This document shows, in pieces, positions 7,800 through 16,708 of a stretch of DNA of 24,233 nucleotides; the stretch's first letter is position 1, and each line of letters opens with the position of its first letter. A program made the position numbers and the translations under genes. This DNA comes from Candidatus Omnitrophota bacterium (GTDB lineage Bacteria; Omnitrophota; Gorgyraeia; Gygaellales; Profunditerraquicolaceae). The stretch lies in assembly GCA_026387485.1 (NCBI GenBank), contig JAPLLQ010000066.1:1-24233 (forward strand), written 5' to 3'. The notes beneath the pieces are model-generated. The model made no database searches, was not told the origin of the DNA, and saw nothing but the letters and a program-made list of their open reading frames with translations.

Positions 7800-9640
7800 A
7801 TGTTGCCTAACCCGGAAGTAAGAGAAATAAATTTACAGGATATAATCAAGATTGTTAAGAAAAGATGGGGTATTATTGCGTTTATAGCGGTGGCTATCCC
7901 CTGCTTTGTGACTATATCCGTATTCAAAGAAAAGCCAATGTATAAGGCAACGGCTAGCATTGTTATCAGTCCAAGCTCTATGGTTAAAGTAACCAAGATA
8001 GAAGAAGTATATAAGCCGGAGCTCGATCCGCAATATATCCAAACTCAGTTTAAGATATTGGGCTCTCGCGCTCTTTCAGAAAAAGTTCTTACAGATCTTA
8101 ACCTTACCAATGAAACATACTTTAAGAATCTTAAAGACCCAGCCGGTTTTTTAAACAGCCATACTATGATTGAAGGAGCAAGGAATAGTTCGGTTGTATA
8201 TGTCCGTTTTGACGATGAAGATCCGATTAGGGCCGCGCGTATAACCAATGCTTTAGTTAGGGCATATATAAACCAAAGCCTTGAGACGCGTAATTCCACT
8301 ACAAAAGAAGCGATAGGGTGGCTGGAAAAACAGCTAGTTGGTATAAGGGCTAATATAGAGTCTTCGGAAAAAGCGCTAAATGATTATATCCAAAAGAGTC
8401 GAATTATTTCAACTGCAGATGATGTAAATAAATCTCAAAGTGTACTGCAAAACCTTAAGATAGCTAGGTCAAGCCTAATCGTGGAGCTTAGTAAGGGTAA
8501 AAAGCGTTATAAATCCAAACATCCTAAAATGATCTCTTTGAATGCTCAGCTAGATGAATTAAATAAGACAATAGCAGAAGAGACAGCCAGAAATTTTCAA
8601 TTAAGCAATAAAATGGTTCAGTACAATATGTTGAAGCAGGATGTTGATAGCAACAAATCATTATATGCTTCGTTACTTGTCCGCGCCAAAGAAACGGATG
8701 TATCAGGAAAGTTAGAAACATCTAATATACAGCTACTTGATTCGGCTACTCCTCCCAGCAAGCCATATAAACCAAAAAGGGCTCAAGCTATTTTTTTATC
8801 AATCTTGCTTTCCATTTTTGGCGGAGCAGGTATTGCGTTCTTCTTGGAGTATCTTGATTCAAGCATTCGTACAGCAGAGGATGTAAGTAATTACATTAAT
8901 ATTCCTTTTCTGGGTTATATTCCTGCATGTTTTAAAGAAGTAAAATCTGATTTGGAGCGTAGTTTAATTTGTTATAAACAGCCTAGTTCGGTAGTTACTG
9001 AATCCTACCGGGCTCTGCGCACAGCCATCCTTTTTTCTTCCCCGGAAGACAAGCCTTTAAAGACTATTTTGGTTACCTCTAGCCTGCCTCAGGAAGGTAA
9101 AAGTTTTGTATCGGTTAATCTGTCTACAATATTCTCTCAAATAAACGAACGGGTTATTTTAGTAGATGTGGATATGCGTAGGCCAAAATTGCATAAATCA
9201 TTGAGTATCGGACAGAATCCGGGATTAAGCGCCTATTTAATTGGAAAAATTGATTTGGATTCAATTATTAAACCGTTGGCGATTCCTAATCTTCATATAA
9301 TAACCTCAGGCTCTATACCTCCGAATTCGACTGAGTTGCTTACCTCAGGCAAGCTTAATCTGCTTCTCGAAGAGCTGAAAAAGAAATTTGACCGTATCAT
9401 TTTGGATTCTCCTCCTGTTCAGCCAATAAAGTTGACGGGATTATTCTTGTAATCAAGGGTGGTCATACTAGGCTTAACGAGGTTATATTGGTGAAGAAGA
9501 AGCTTATTGAATCTAAGGGTAAGATAATCGGTGCGGTAATAAATAACCTGGAGCCGGATAAGGAAGATAGATATTTTTATTACCACTATAACTATGGTAA
9601 AGACCATATACTGTCTCCTTCAAAAGAAATAGCGCCTTAA
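7800..9640 (+). pseudogene. wzc: Wzc/PCP-2a polysaccharide co-polymerase-tyrosine kinase, frameshifted near the C-terminus
   Basis: Wzz-type N-terminus, two TM helices flanking a coiled coil, Walker A SSLPQEGKS, A' LVDVDMRRP, B IILDSPP. The frame ends 9452 with QPIKLTGLFL*, while frame 9422-9640 encodes the expected tail ANKVDGIILVIKGGHTR...IIGAVINNLEPDKEDRYFYYHYNYGK...*. Confidence 0.88.
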
Positions 9641-9643
9641 AAA

Positions 9644-11536
9644 ATGTCATTTGATTTTCTGCGTAAGTTTTCATTTCACTCATTAATAGAATCTCTCCTG
9701 TTAGTTTTTATTATTCTTTCCCCGCTACTTATGTCTTCGGTACAATTTCAGCTCCCTAATATTCATGGGGAAGTTTTACCATTTTCGCTTCTCGAAGCAA
9801 TAAGTTTCTTTATTCTTTTTATATTTCTTTTAGGACAGTTTTTAGAAAATAAACTTTCTTTTGTTTCTATTCCGGTAGTTACTTTATTTTTGTTCTTATT
9901 TCTTCTAATCTTGCAATTTTTTCCTCTTTCTCAAGGTATTCTCGGTTTATTTTCTCCGGCCACTTTATCAATTTATAAAGGTTTTAGCTTAGGTTCCGGT
10001 AATCCTCTTACTTTAAGTATTTATCCGGAAGCAAGTGTTACATGGCTACTGCCATTCTTAAGCTATTTAGCTATTTTTTTCGTTGTTTTAAATTATTTAG
10101 ATTCCAAAAGTAGATGTAAACGTTTGATTTGGATAATTATTATTACCGCGTTTGTGTATTCTTTCTACGGGATTTCTTACAAGTTACTGCAGATTGCTAC
10201 TGGAACTAATATCAATGTGGCAAGTAAAGGATTTTCTACGTTTACTTATCGTAATAATTTTGCAGCCTACCTTGAGATGGTTATCCCCTTAGTTATAAGC
10301 TATTCTTTTATCACTTTTTCTTTTAATAAGAAATTAGTGCTCATGTTCATGGGAACGATTATGATAGCGGCTTTATTTTTTACATCTTCAAGAGGAGGCA
10401 GGATTTCTTTTGGAATAAGTTTTTTGGTATTTTTTGTTATTTTATTTTTGAGAATGAAAAACTTGCGTAAGAAAATAGCGACATATTTGTCGATATTCTC
10501 GATATTTCTAGTTATTTTAGTTTTGCTTATAGGCTTAAGCAATCTTCTATTCAGGATGGGTGGGTTTTTTGTGGATAAAGTAGATTACTCTAGAAATCAT
10601 ATGAATACGGAAAGTATCCAGATTGTCAAAGATTTTCCTTTTTTTGGCACGGGGTTGGGAACTTACTGGGAAATAGCGAATAAATATAAAACAGCTGATT
10701 GGAATGGGCAGCATCCTTTTGCTCACAATGAACCCTTACAGTTATTAGTTGAGACTGGATTTGTAGGATTTTTACTGTTTACTTTATTTTTATTCTTTTA
10801 TTTTCGCAAAGTATATGATAAATGGTCAGGGAGGAATGATCCTTATGTTGTTGTTATGACATTAGGTTGTGCTACCGGAATACTTTCTATACTAATTCAT
10901 AGTTTTTCCGACTGGGTTTTTCATCTACCGGCTAACTCCTTTATCTTTTTTATACTTATGGCGTTAGTTTATAGGATTGTTTATTTGAAAGAGGATCCTG
11001 GTCTATCAGATATCCCTAAGCGCGGGGTTTTCTTAACAAAGAATACTAGTCTTGTTTTGATCTGTATATTATTTATTTCCCTTATTTCTATTGAAATTTT
11101 GATATTCAGGCGTTATCGGGCCCAAGAAGTTTTTGAGAAAGTGGTGGATTACAGAAATAATCATGGAATCCACGTTTCATCTTTGGTGGATAAAGTATTT
11201 GTCGAGGAAATTGATTTAGCAATACGACTTAATTCTTCGAATTCTCTTTATTGGAATACGAAGGCAGAATTATTAACGCAGCTGGCTTTAATGCAGGGCT
11301 CGGTTAATGATTTGAATGGCTCCATAGAAAAAGAGACTCTGCTTTTGACTGCCAAAAGTTGTTATAAAAAAGCGATTAATCTTAACCCCACTAAAGCGGT
11401 ATTTCATTGTAACTTGGGAAAGCTATTTGGGCTATGCAGAGAAAATGAACTGTTGTTTCAAGAGTTTAAGAAAGCCAGTTTGCTTGAACCTAGGAATAAG
11501 GATATAATAAATTTAATAAAAAATTTTACCTTTTAG
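9644..11536 (+). CDS. O-antigen ligase (WaaL/Wzy_C)-like membrane protein with C-terminal TPR region
   Basis: About 12 hydrophobic helices; TFTYRNNFAAYL, FTSSRGG, FPFFGTGLGTY, FAHNEPLQLLVETG motifs; TPR-like tail (CYKKAINLNPTKAVFHCNLG). Confidence 0.85.
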   Translation: MSFDFLRKFSFHSLIESLLLVFIILSPLLMSSVQFQLPNIHGEVLPFSLLEAISFFILFIFLLGQFLENKLSFVSIPVVTLFLFLFLLILQFFPLSQGILGLFSPATLSIYKGFSLGSGNPLTLSIYPEASVTWLLPFLSYLAIFFVVLNYLDSKSRCKRLIWIIIITAFVYSFYGISYKLLQIATGTNINVASKGFSTFTYRNNFAAYLEMVIPLVISYSFITFSFNKKLVLMFMGTIMIAALFFTSSRGGRISFGISFLVFFVILFLRMKNLRKKIATYLSIFSIFLVILVLLIGLSNLLFRMGGFFVDKVDYSRNHMNTESIQIVKDFPFFGTGLGTYWEIANKYKTADWNGQHPFAHNEPLQLLVETGFVGFLLFTLFLFFYFRKVYDKWSGRNDPYVVVMTLGCATGILSILIHSFSDWVFHLPANSFIFFILMALVYRIVYLKEDPGLSDIPKRGVFLTKNTSLVLICILFISLISIEILIFRRYRAQEVFEKVVDYRNNHGIHVSSLVDKVFVEEIDLAIRLNSSNSLYWNTKAELLTQLALMQGSVNDLNGSIEKETLLLTAKSCYKKAINLNPTKAVFHCNLGKLFGLCRENELLFQEFKKASLLEPRNKDIINLIKNFTF

Positions 11537-11546
11537 TGATATAAAG

Positions 11547-11692
11547 CTTTTTGATGGGTTAAAAACATTTATTGGAAATAAAGGAATAAAGCTGTCCGGA
11601 AGAAAGAAGTAAAGAGTTCCTATGCCAGGGCGCTGCTCAAAAACGCCGAGATATTGGTTTTAGATGAAACAACCACCAGCGTAAGTCTCTGA
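11547..11692 (+). pseudogene. Degenerate fragment of an ABC-exporter nucleotide-binding domain
   Basis: Reads LFDGLKTFIGNKGIKLSGRKK*RVP(frameshift)ARALLKNAEILVLDETTTSV, aligning by eye to [46 protein letters not shown] of the 1877-3691 gene. In-frame TAA at 11610-11612 and a 1-nt loss at ~11622. Confidence 0.8.
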
Positions 11693-11733
11693 ATTGCAAT
11701 AACGTGTCGTTATTTCGATGTTAATAAGTCCTT

Positions 11734-12684
11734 ATGCATGCACCATTTGATATAACCACAAATGTAGGGTGCTCGGTTGCCTGTGTTTACTGTTCACAGC
11801 AAAGATTTATTCAAGCATATACTAAAAAAAGTAGTACACTGCAACTGGATTTTGATATATTTTGTTCCTGTTTAGGCAAAATACCCGCTGATGTTTTAAT
11901 ATGTTTTGCAGGTATGAGCGAGCCTTGGTTAAATCCTGAATGCACCAATATGGTCATCCATGCGCACAGAAAAGGCTATAAGGTAGCGGTGTTTACCACA
12001 TTGGTGGGTATGACAGCGGTAGATATTGAACAATTAGAGGGAATTCCTTTTGAATGGTTTTGTGTGCATTTACCAAATGCAAGAGGCTCTGAAAATATTA
12101 AGGTTAATGATGATTATATCGATTTAGTTGCGAAAATATCCGGAAGCAGAATTAAGGGGATAGAATATCAGTCGGTTTTAGCAGAAGCGCATCCTAAGCT
12201 TAAAGCCTTATTAAGAAATAAATCAGTATCTTTGATCTGGCCGCATAGCAAGGCGGGAAACGTGTCTAGGGATATAATTAATTTGCCAAAGAGGAAAAAA
12301 GGCAAGATCCGTTGTGTAAGAAACTTGGACTGGTGGGAACTGTTGCCTAACGGCGATGTTTTGGTGTGTTGCCTTGATTTTGGGATAAAACATGTCATTG
12401 GTAATTTAATAACCTCGGATTATCAATCCTTATTTAGCAGCCGCGAGCGGTTAAAAATCAAGCAGGGGCTCTTAGATCCATCTCAGGATATTCTCTGCAG
12501 GTATTGTGATGCTTTTGCGGATAATGCCGATTTTTTTACACGCCTGCAAAATACTCTATTACCTAAATTATTTAATAGCGCAAAAAATTGTCATTCTTGG
12601 TCTGGAATATTTCAGCTTATTAGTAAAATCAATAAAAAATTGTTTCATAAAATAATTAAGCTATTAAATAACAAATATGAATAA
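11734..12684 (+). CDS. Radical SAM enzyme with Twitch/truncated SPASM domain
   Basis: CxxxCxxC (CSVACVYC, 11770-11793); auxiliary cluster motif C-X12-G-X4-CC (12313-12372) and CRYC (12496-12507). Confidence 0.88.
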   Translation: MHAPFDITTNVGCSVACVYCSQQRFIQAYTKKSSTLQLDFDIFCSCLGKIPADVLICFAGMSEPWLNPECTNMVIHAHRKGYKVAVFTTLVGMTAVDIEQLEGIPFEWFCVHLPNARGSENIKVNDDYIDLVAKISGSRIKGIEYQSVLAEAHPKLKALLRNKSVSLIWPHSKAGNVSRDIINLPKRKKGKIRCVRNLDWWELLPNGDVLVCCLDFGIKHVIGNLITSDYQSLFSSRERLKIKQGLLDPSQDILCRYCDAFADNADFFTRLQNTLLPKLFNSAKNCHSWSGIFQLISKINKKLFHKIIKLLNNKYE

Positions 12685-13771
12685 AGATTCGGCACCTGGG
12701 AAGATCGGAATCTATGCTCACAGTGTATGTCAGGGTTTAGCTATGATTATAAATTCTTTGCCGAGTGAAGATGATATTGTACTTTTTACGCGCAAGGATC
12801 TAGAAAGGGATTTAACTGATCACGAGACAGCTTTTCCATTTTTAGAAAGTTACAGTGAGCTCAAAATCTCGGATTATGATTATAATCTAGAAATGAAATT
12901 TGATACTTTATATATTACCTGGACGCATTGGATCAGATTTTCAAAAGAGCAGATTAAATTCTTGAAATTGCGACTTAAGAAAGCCAAAAGAATAGTTTTG
13001 CTTTATGATGCCCAATTTGGAACATTTTGGCAGCGTTTCCGTCAGCAGATTCGCGATATTATAAATAATTTTCAGTTAGTATCTTCTTTAGATGAAATTT
13101 GCTATATGACCGTTTATCCAGTTTTTGATTTATTTGCGTTATTCAGGCGCAGGTATTGTTTAAGCGTCGGTCCAAAACTTGAGTATTTATTTATAAGAGA
13201 AAACATGGATTATCTCTGTAGGGATTATGAGATTAAGAATAAACGGGGTGTTTTCCTTTTTGTTTCGGGAGAAAAGGCAAGTTCTTCGTATCGCCAGGAG
13301 TTGGTCGATTATTTAGTTTCAGCTCTGAATTCTAACGGTAATTATAATTTAACTGGGCAAACCCGTGGGGCTCCTGATAACAAAAGAAATGTGCTCTGGT
13401 TGGCCGGCAAGAAAAGAATTATTTCAGATAAGGAGTATATAGAGGCTTTAGGCAACGCAGATTTTACGCTTTGTTTTAACGGGACATCCTGGACAACCCG
13501 TCCCTTTGAAGCATTACTCCGGGGTTCTATCCCGATTCTGGGAGATGATGTTTTACCGTTTTATGACCTTAAATGGGAGAATGGTAAGAATTGCATGGTT
13601 GTTAAAACCCCACAGAGAAAAGATTGCTGGTTTTGTGCTATTAATAAAGCCGCGAGATTTTCTCAGGAAGAGATTAAAGAATTAAGGAAAAATGTTTACC
13701 ACTTACGTAGGGAATATTTATTGCCAGATGTATTTAGGAAGCGGTTGTCTCTAAAGCTAGGGTATCATTAG
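12677..13771 (+). CDS. Exostosin (GT47)-like glycosyltransferase
   Basis: C-terminal EYIEALGNADFTLCFNGTSWTTRPFEALLRGSIPILGDDVLPFYDLKW matches the exostosin pattern Y..L..S.F.L...G....R..EA...G.IP....LPF...W. The N-terminal half was not recognised. Confidence 0.6.
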   Translation: MNKDSAPGKIGIYAHSVCQGLAMIINSLPSEDDIVLFTRKDLERDLTDHETAFPFLESYSELKISDYDYNLEMKFDTLYITWTHWIRFSKEQIKFLKLRLKKAKRIVLLYDAQFGTFWQRFRQQIRDIINNFQLVSSLDEICYMTVYPVFDLFALFRRRYCLSVGPKLEYLFIRENMDYLCRDYEIKNKRGVFLFVSGEKASSSYRQELVDYLVSALNSNGNYNLTGQTRGAPDNKRNVLWLAGKKRIISDKEYIEALGNADFTLCFNGTSWTTRPFEALLRGSIPILGDDVLPFYDLKWENGKNCMVVKTPQRKDCWFCAINKAARFSQEEIKELRKNVYHLRREYLLPDVFRKRLSLKLGYH

Positions 13772-13774
13772 ATT

Positions 13775-14596
13775 ATGGGCTATAAAGTAAGCGCATACAT
13801 ACCTTGTTATAATAATGGCGTAACCGTATTAGAGACAATACGATCATTACGAGCGCAAACTTATCCTGTGGATGAGATTTTTTTGGTTGATGATGGTTCT
13901 AAGGACGATTCTTTGGATAAGGTAAAGTCTACAGGGGTACGTTTGGTTTGTCATTCGGTAAATCTTGGCAGAGGAGTAGTGCGCTCGGAGGCCATGAAAC
14001 AGGCAAAAAATGAATTAGTATTATCCTGTGATGCCAATAAGTTTTTAAGGAACTATTTTGTTGAAAAGGCGTTACTCTGGTTTAAAGATGAGAAAGTAGC
14101 CGCTGTATTCGGAAGCTTTGTGCCATCGCCGTCAAGTGAGGTTATCAGGCGCTGGTTTTTTAGGCATTTATCCCAGAAAACCGGTATACAAGTGCAAAAA
14201 CATAAAGCCTTGCTTGTTACAGGAGGAGCCATTGTTCGCAAGACAGCGGTAATTAATTCGGGTAATTATGATCCATCTTTACATTATAGCGAAGACGCGG
14301 ATTTGGGCAAAAGGCTTCTTGAGTGCGGCTATAATGTTATTTTTGACCCGTGTTTAGAGAATATTGCTTCTAGAAAAGATGGTTTATCTCAGGTTTTAAT
14401 GCGGCATCTGCGCTGGTGCGGCGAGAAAAACAGGGAAGTTAACTTTAGATGGTATGTTAGGCAAATTTACCATTCATTTAAGGTGATGGCTGTTAGAGAT
14501 ATTAAGGCAGGTGATTTTATGTGTATGTTAATCAGCTTGCTCTCACCTCATTATCAGTTTTGGTTTTCCTGGCGCAAGAAACATATTTATATCTAA
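13775..14596 (+). CDS. GT2 glycosyltransferase
   Basis: SAYIPCYN...DEIFLVDDGSKD, LSCDA, GGAIVRK...YSEDADLGKRL. Confidence 0.88.
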   Translation: MGYKVSAYIPCYNNGVTVLETIRSLRAQTYPVDEIFLVDDGSKDDSLDKVKSTGVRLVCHSVNLGRGVVRSEAMKQAKNELVLSCDANKFLRNYFVEKALLWFKDEKVAAVFGSFVPSPSSEVIRRWFFRHLSQKTGIQVQKHKALLVTGGAIVRKTAVINSGNYDPSLHYSEDADLGKRLLECGYNVIFDPCLENIASRKDGLSQVLMRHLRWCGEKNREVNFRWYVRQIYHSFKVMAVRDIKAGDFMCMLISLLSPHYQFWFSWRKKHIYI

Positions 14597-14610
14597 ATTT
14601 ATAAAAGATT

Positions 14611-15474
14611 ATGAATTCTAACCCTATATTTTCTGTGATTATTCCTACTTGCAACAGGATTAAATTATTGGATAAATGCCTTAAATGTTTTGAACCGGGG
14701 TCACAAAGTTTAGCAAAAGAAAAGTATGAAGTTATAGTTACTGATGATAGTCAGCAGGTGGATTCCATGGAAATGATAAGTGCTAGCTATCTATGGGTAG
14801 ATTGGCAGCCTGGAGCGCACAATGGCCCGGCCACAAACCGTAACCACGGAGCAAAAAACGCAAAAGGGGAGTGGTTAATTTTTTGTGATGATGATTGTTT
14901 TGCCGATAGCCAGATGCTTGAAGCATATCTTAAGGCTATTGAGAGTAATCCGGACTGTCAAGTATTTGAAGGTAGAATTTACGCAGATCGCCCCAGAAGA
15001 TCAATTGCGGAAACTGGTCCATGGAATGAACAGGGAGGTTTCTTATGGTCGGGAAACTTTGCAATCACGAACAACATTTGTTGCTCTCTTGGTGGTTTTG
15101 ATGAAAGATTCCTTTATGCTTCTATGGAGGATGTAGATTTGAGGCTAAGATTAAAAAACTCCGGGTACGATTTTATTTTTGTTAGTTCTGCTTCAGTAGT
15201 TCATTCGTGGAAAATAAGGAAAAATAATCAGCAGCTTAAACAGCATCGGGTTTCGGTTCTAACGTATCTTTCTATTCATTCGGAAGAGCTACGCAGGATA
15301 AATTCATTTTATTATTTATATTTAATTTTTCGAAATCTCTTTAAGGTTACAATACCTAATTTAGCGAAATTTGGTTTTTGTGGGGCTAAATATGAGTTTT
15401 TTGAGCATTTATCAGATTTTAAAATGGCTTTTCTACTTATAAATTTCTCAATTGTAGAAAAGGTTTACAGGTAA
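14611..15474 (+). CDS. GT2 glycosyltransferase
   Basis: FSVIIPTCNR...EVIVTDD, GPATNRNHG, IFCDDD (DxD), GGFDERF...MEDVDLRLRL. Confidence 0.9.
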   Translation: MNSNPIFSVIIPTCNRIKLLDKCLKCFEPGSQSLAKEKYEVIVTDDSQQVDSMEMISASYLWVDWQPGAHNGPATNRNHGAKNAKGEWLIFCDDDCFADSQMLEAYLKAIESNPDCQVFEGRIYADRPRRSIAETGPWNEQGGFLWSGNFAITNNICCSLGGFDERFLYASMEDVDLRLRLKNSGYDFIFVSSASVVHSWKIRKNNQQLKQHRVSVLTYLSIHSEELRRINSFYYLYLIFRNLFKVTIPNLAKFGFCGAKYEFFEHLSDFKMAFLLINFSIVEKVYR

Positions 15475-15490
15475 AGGGTTTATTTGAATT

Positions 15491-16582
15491 ATGCTTAAAA
15501 AAGCATCGACTCTTATTCAGATTGTTCCCCAAATGCCACCTATAATTTGTGGGGTGGGAGATTATGCTGTAAATTTAGCTAAGCAGTTGCGCGATTCATT
15601 TGGTATAGATTCGCGGTTTGTTGTTTGTAATCCGGATTGGCGCCTGGGCAAGGTAGAAACAGATTATATTTTTACTGTTTTAACCAAGCGGAGTTGGCGC
15701 AAGCTACTGGCTGTTTTGACTGATTATAGCAAAGAGAATGCAATAGTGATTTTACATTATGTAGGTTATGGCTATGCAAAAAGGGGTTGCCCTATTTGGT
15801 TACTAAAAGGGATACTGTACTGGAGAAACAAGTTTCCAAATATTCGACTGGGAATAGTTTTTCATGAGGTATATGCTTGCGATTACCCGTGGAGAAGTTC
15901 ATTTTGGTTATCCCCTTTATCTAAACATATAGCTGCAGGTTTATTTAGCATAAGTGATTTTTGTTTTACTACCACGCAAACTTATGCGGATAAACTGCAT
16001 AAATTAGATAGTAATAAGCAGGATAGAATTAATGTATTGCCGGTCTTTTCCAATGTCAAAGAACCAGCTAGCTCATCTTTACTGTCAAAACGCAAACAGC
16101 ATCTGGTTATTTTTGGAAAGGATTCAAACAGGTCGTTAGTTTATAATAACTGCTTAGATATTTTAAAAATTATATGCATACAATTAAAGATTGAGGAGAT
16201 TCATGATATTGGTGCTCCAATTAACAGGAATTTTCCAAAGATTGAAGGAGTTCCCATAATTGAACATGGCCCTCTGTCGTCAAAAGCAATAGGAGAGTTT
16301 CTTTCCGGAGTTTTAGCAGGCGTATTAACTATTTCTCCGGGATCTTCATTGGCTAAGTCCTCGGTTTTTGCTTCTTATTGCGCGCATAGGGTGATTCCTA
16401 TAGTTGTTACGCTTAACCAATCTGTAAAAGATGGACTCTTTCCTGGCAAGCATTACTGGTTGCCGTCAGAAGATGGGAGTTTTTCCTTGGAAGAAGGGCA
16501 GTTACAGGCAGATAACGCTTATGACTGGTATCAAAATCATTGTTTATCCGCGCACGCCAGAGCTTTTGTTGAATCTTTCTAG
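15491..16582 (+). CDS. GT-B (GT4-like) glycosyltransferase, divergent
   Basis: N-terminal QIVPQMPPIICGVGDYAVNLA and LHYVGYGY; C-terminal LAKSSVFASYCAHRVIPIV replaces the canonical E-X7-E motif. Confidence 0.7.
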   Translation: MLKKASTLIQIVPQMPPIICGVGDYAVNLAKQLRDSFGIDSRFVVCNPDWRLGKVETDYIFTVLTKRSWRKLLAVLTDYSKENAIVILHYVGYGYAKRGCPIWLLKGILYWRNKFPNIRLGIVFHEVYACDYPWRSSFWLSPLSKHIAAGLFSISDFCFTTTQTYADKLHKLDSNKQDRINVLPVFSNVKEPASSSLLSKRKQHLVIFGKDSNRSLVYNNCLDILKIICIQLKIEEIHDIGAPINRNFPKIEGVPIIEHGPLSSKAIGEFLSGVLAGVLTISPGSSLAKSSVFASYCAHRVIPIVVTLNQSVKDGLFPGKHYWLPSEDGSFSLEEGQLQADNAYDWYQNHCLSAHARAFVESF

Positions 16583-16708
16583 GTGTACGTTATCAGCAAG
16601 TTTTGATCATGAAAATGTGCATTCTGGCATTGAATGCTCTTAAGTTTATGTTATTATATTAAAAAAGCTGTATTTATTAATAGAAATACAATTTTTGAAA
16701 GGCTCACG

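Noticed and set aside
9516-9526. GGGTAAGATA, resembling the complement of the IS left end
   Set aside because: It encodes KGKI in the conserved Wzc tail, and the match is too short.
16431-16708. ORF 16431..16643 and the 126-nt gap before the Wzy-like gene
   Set aside because: The ORF mostly overlaps the GT at 15491-16582 out of frame. No convincing promoter, terminator or gene relic could be read in the gap.
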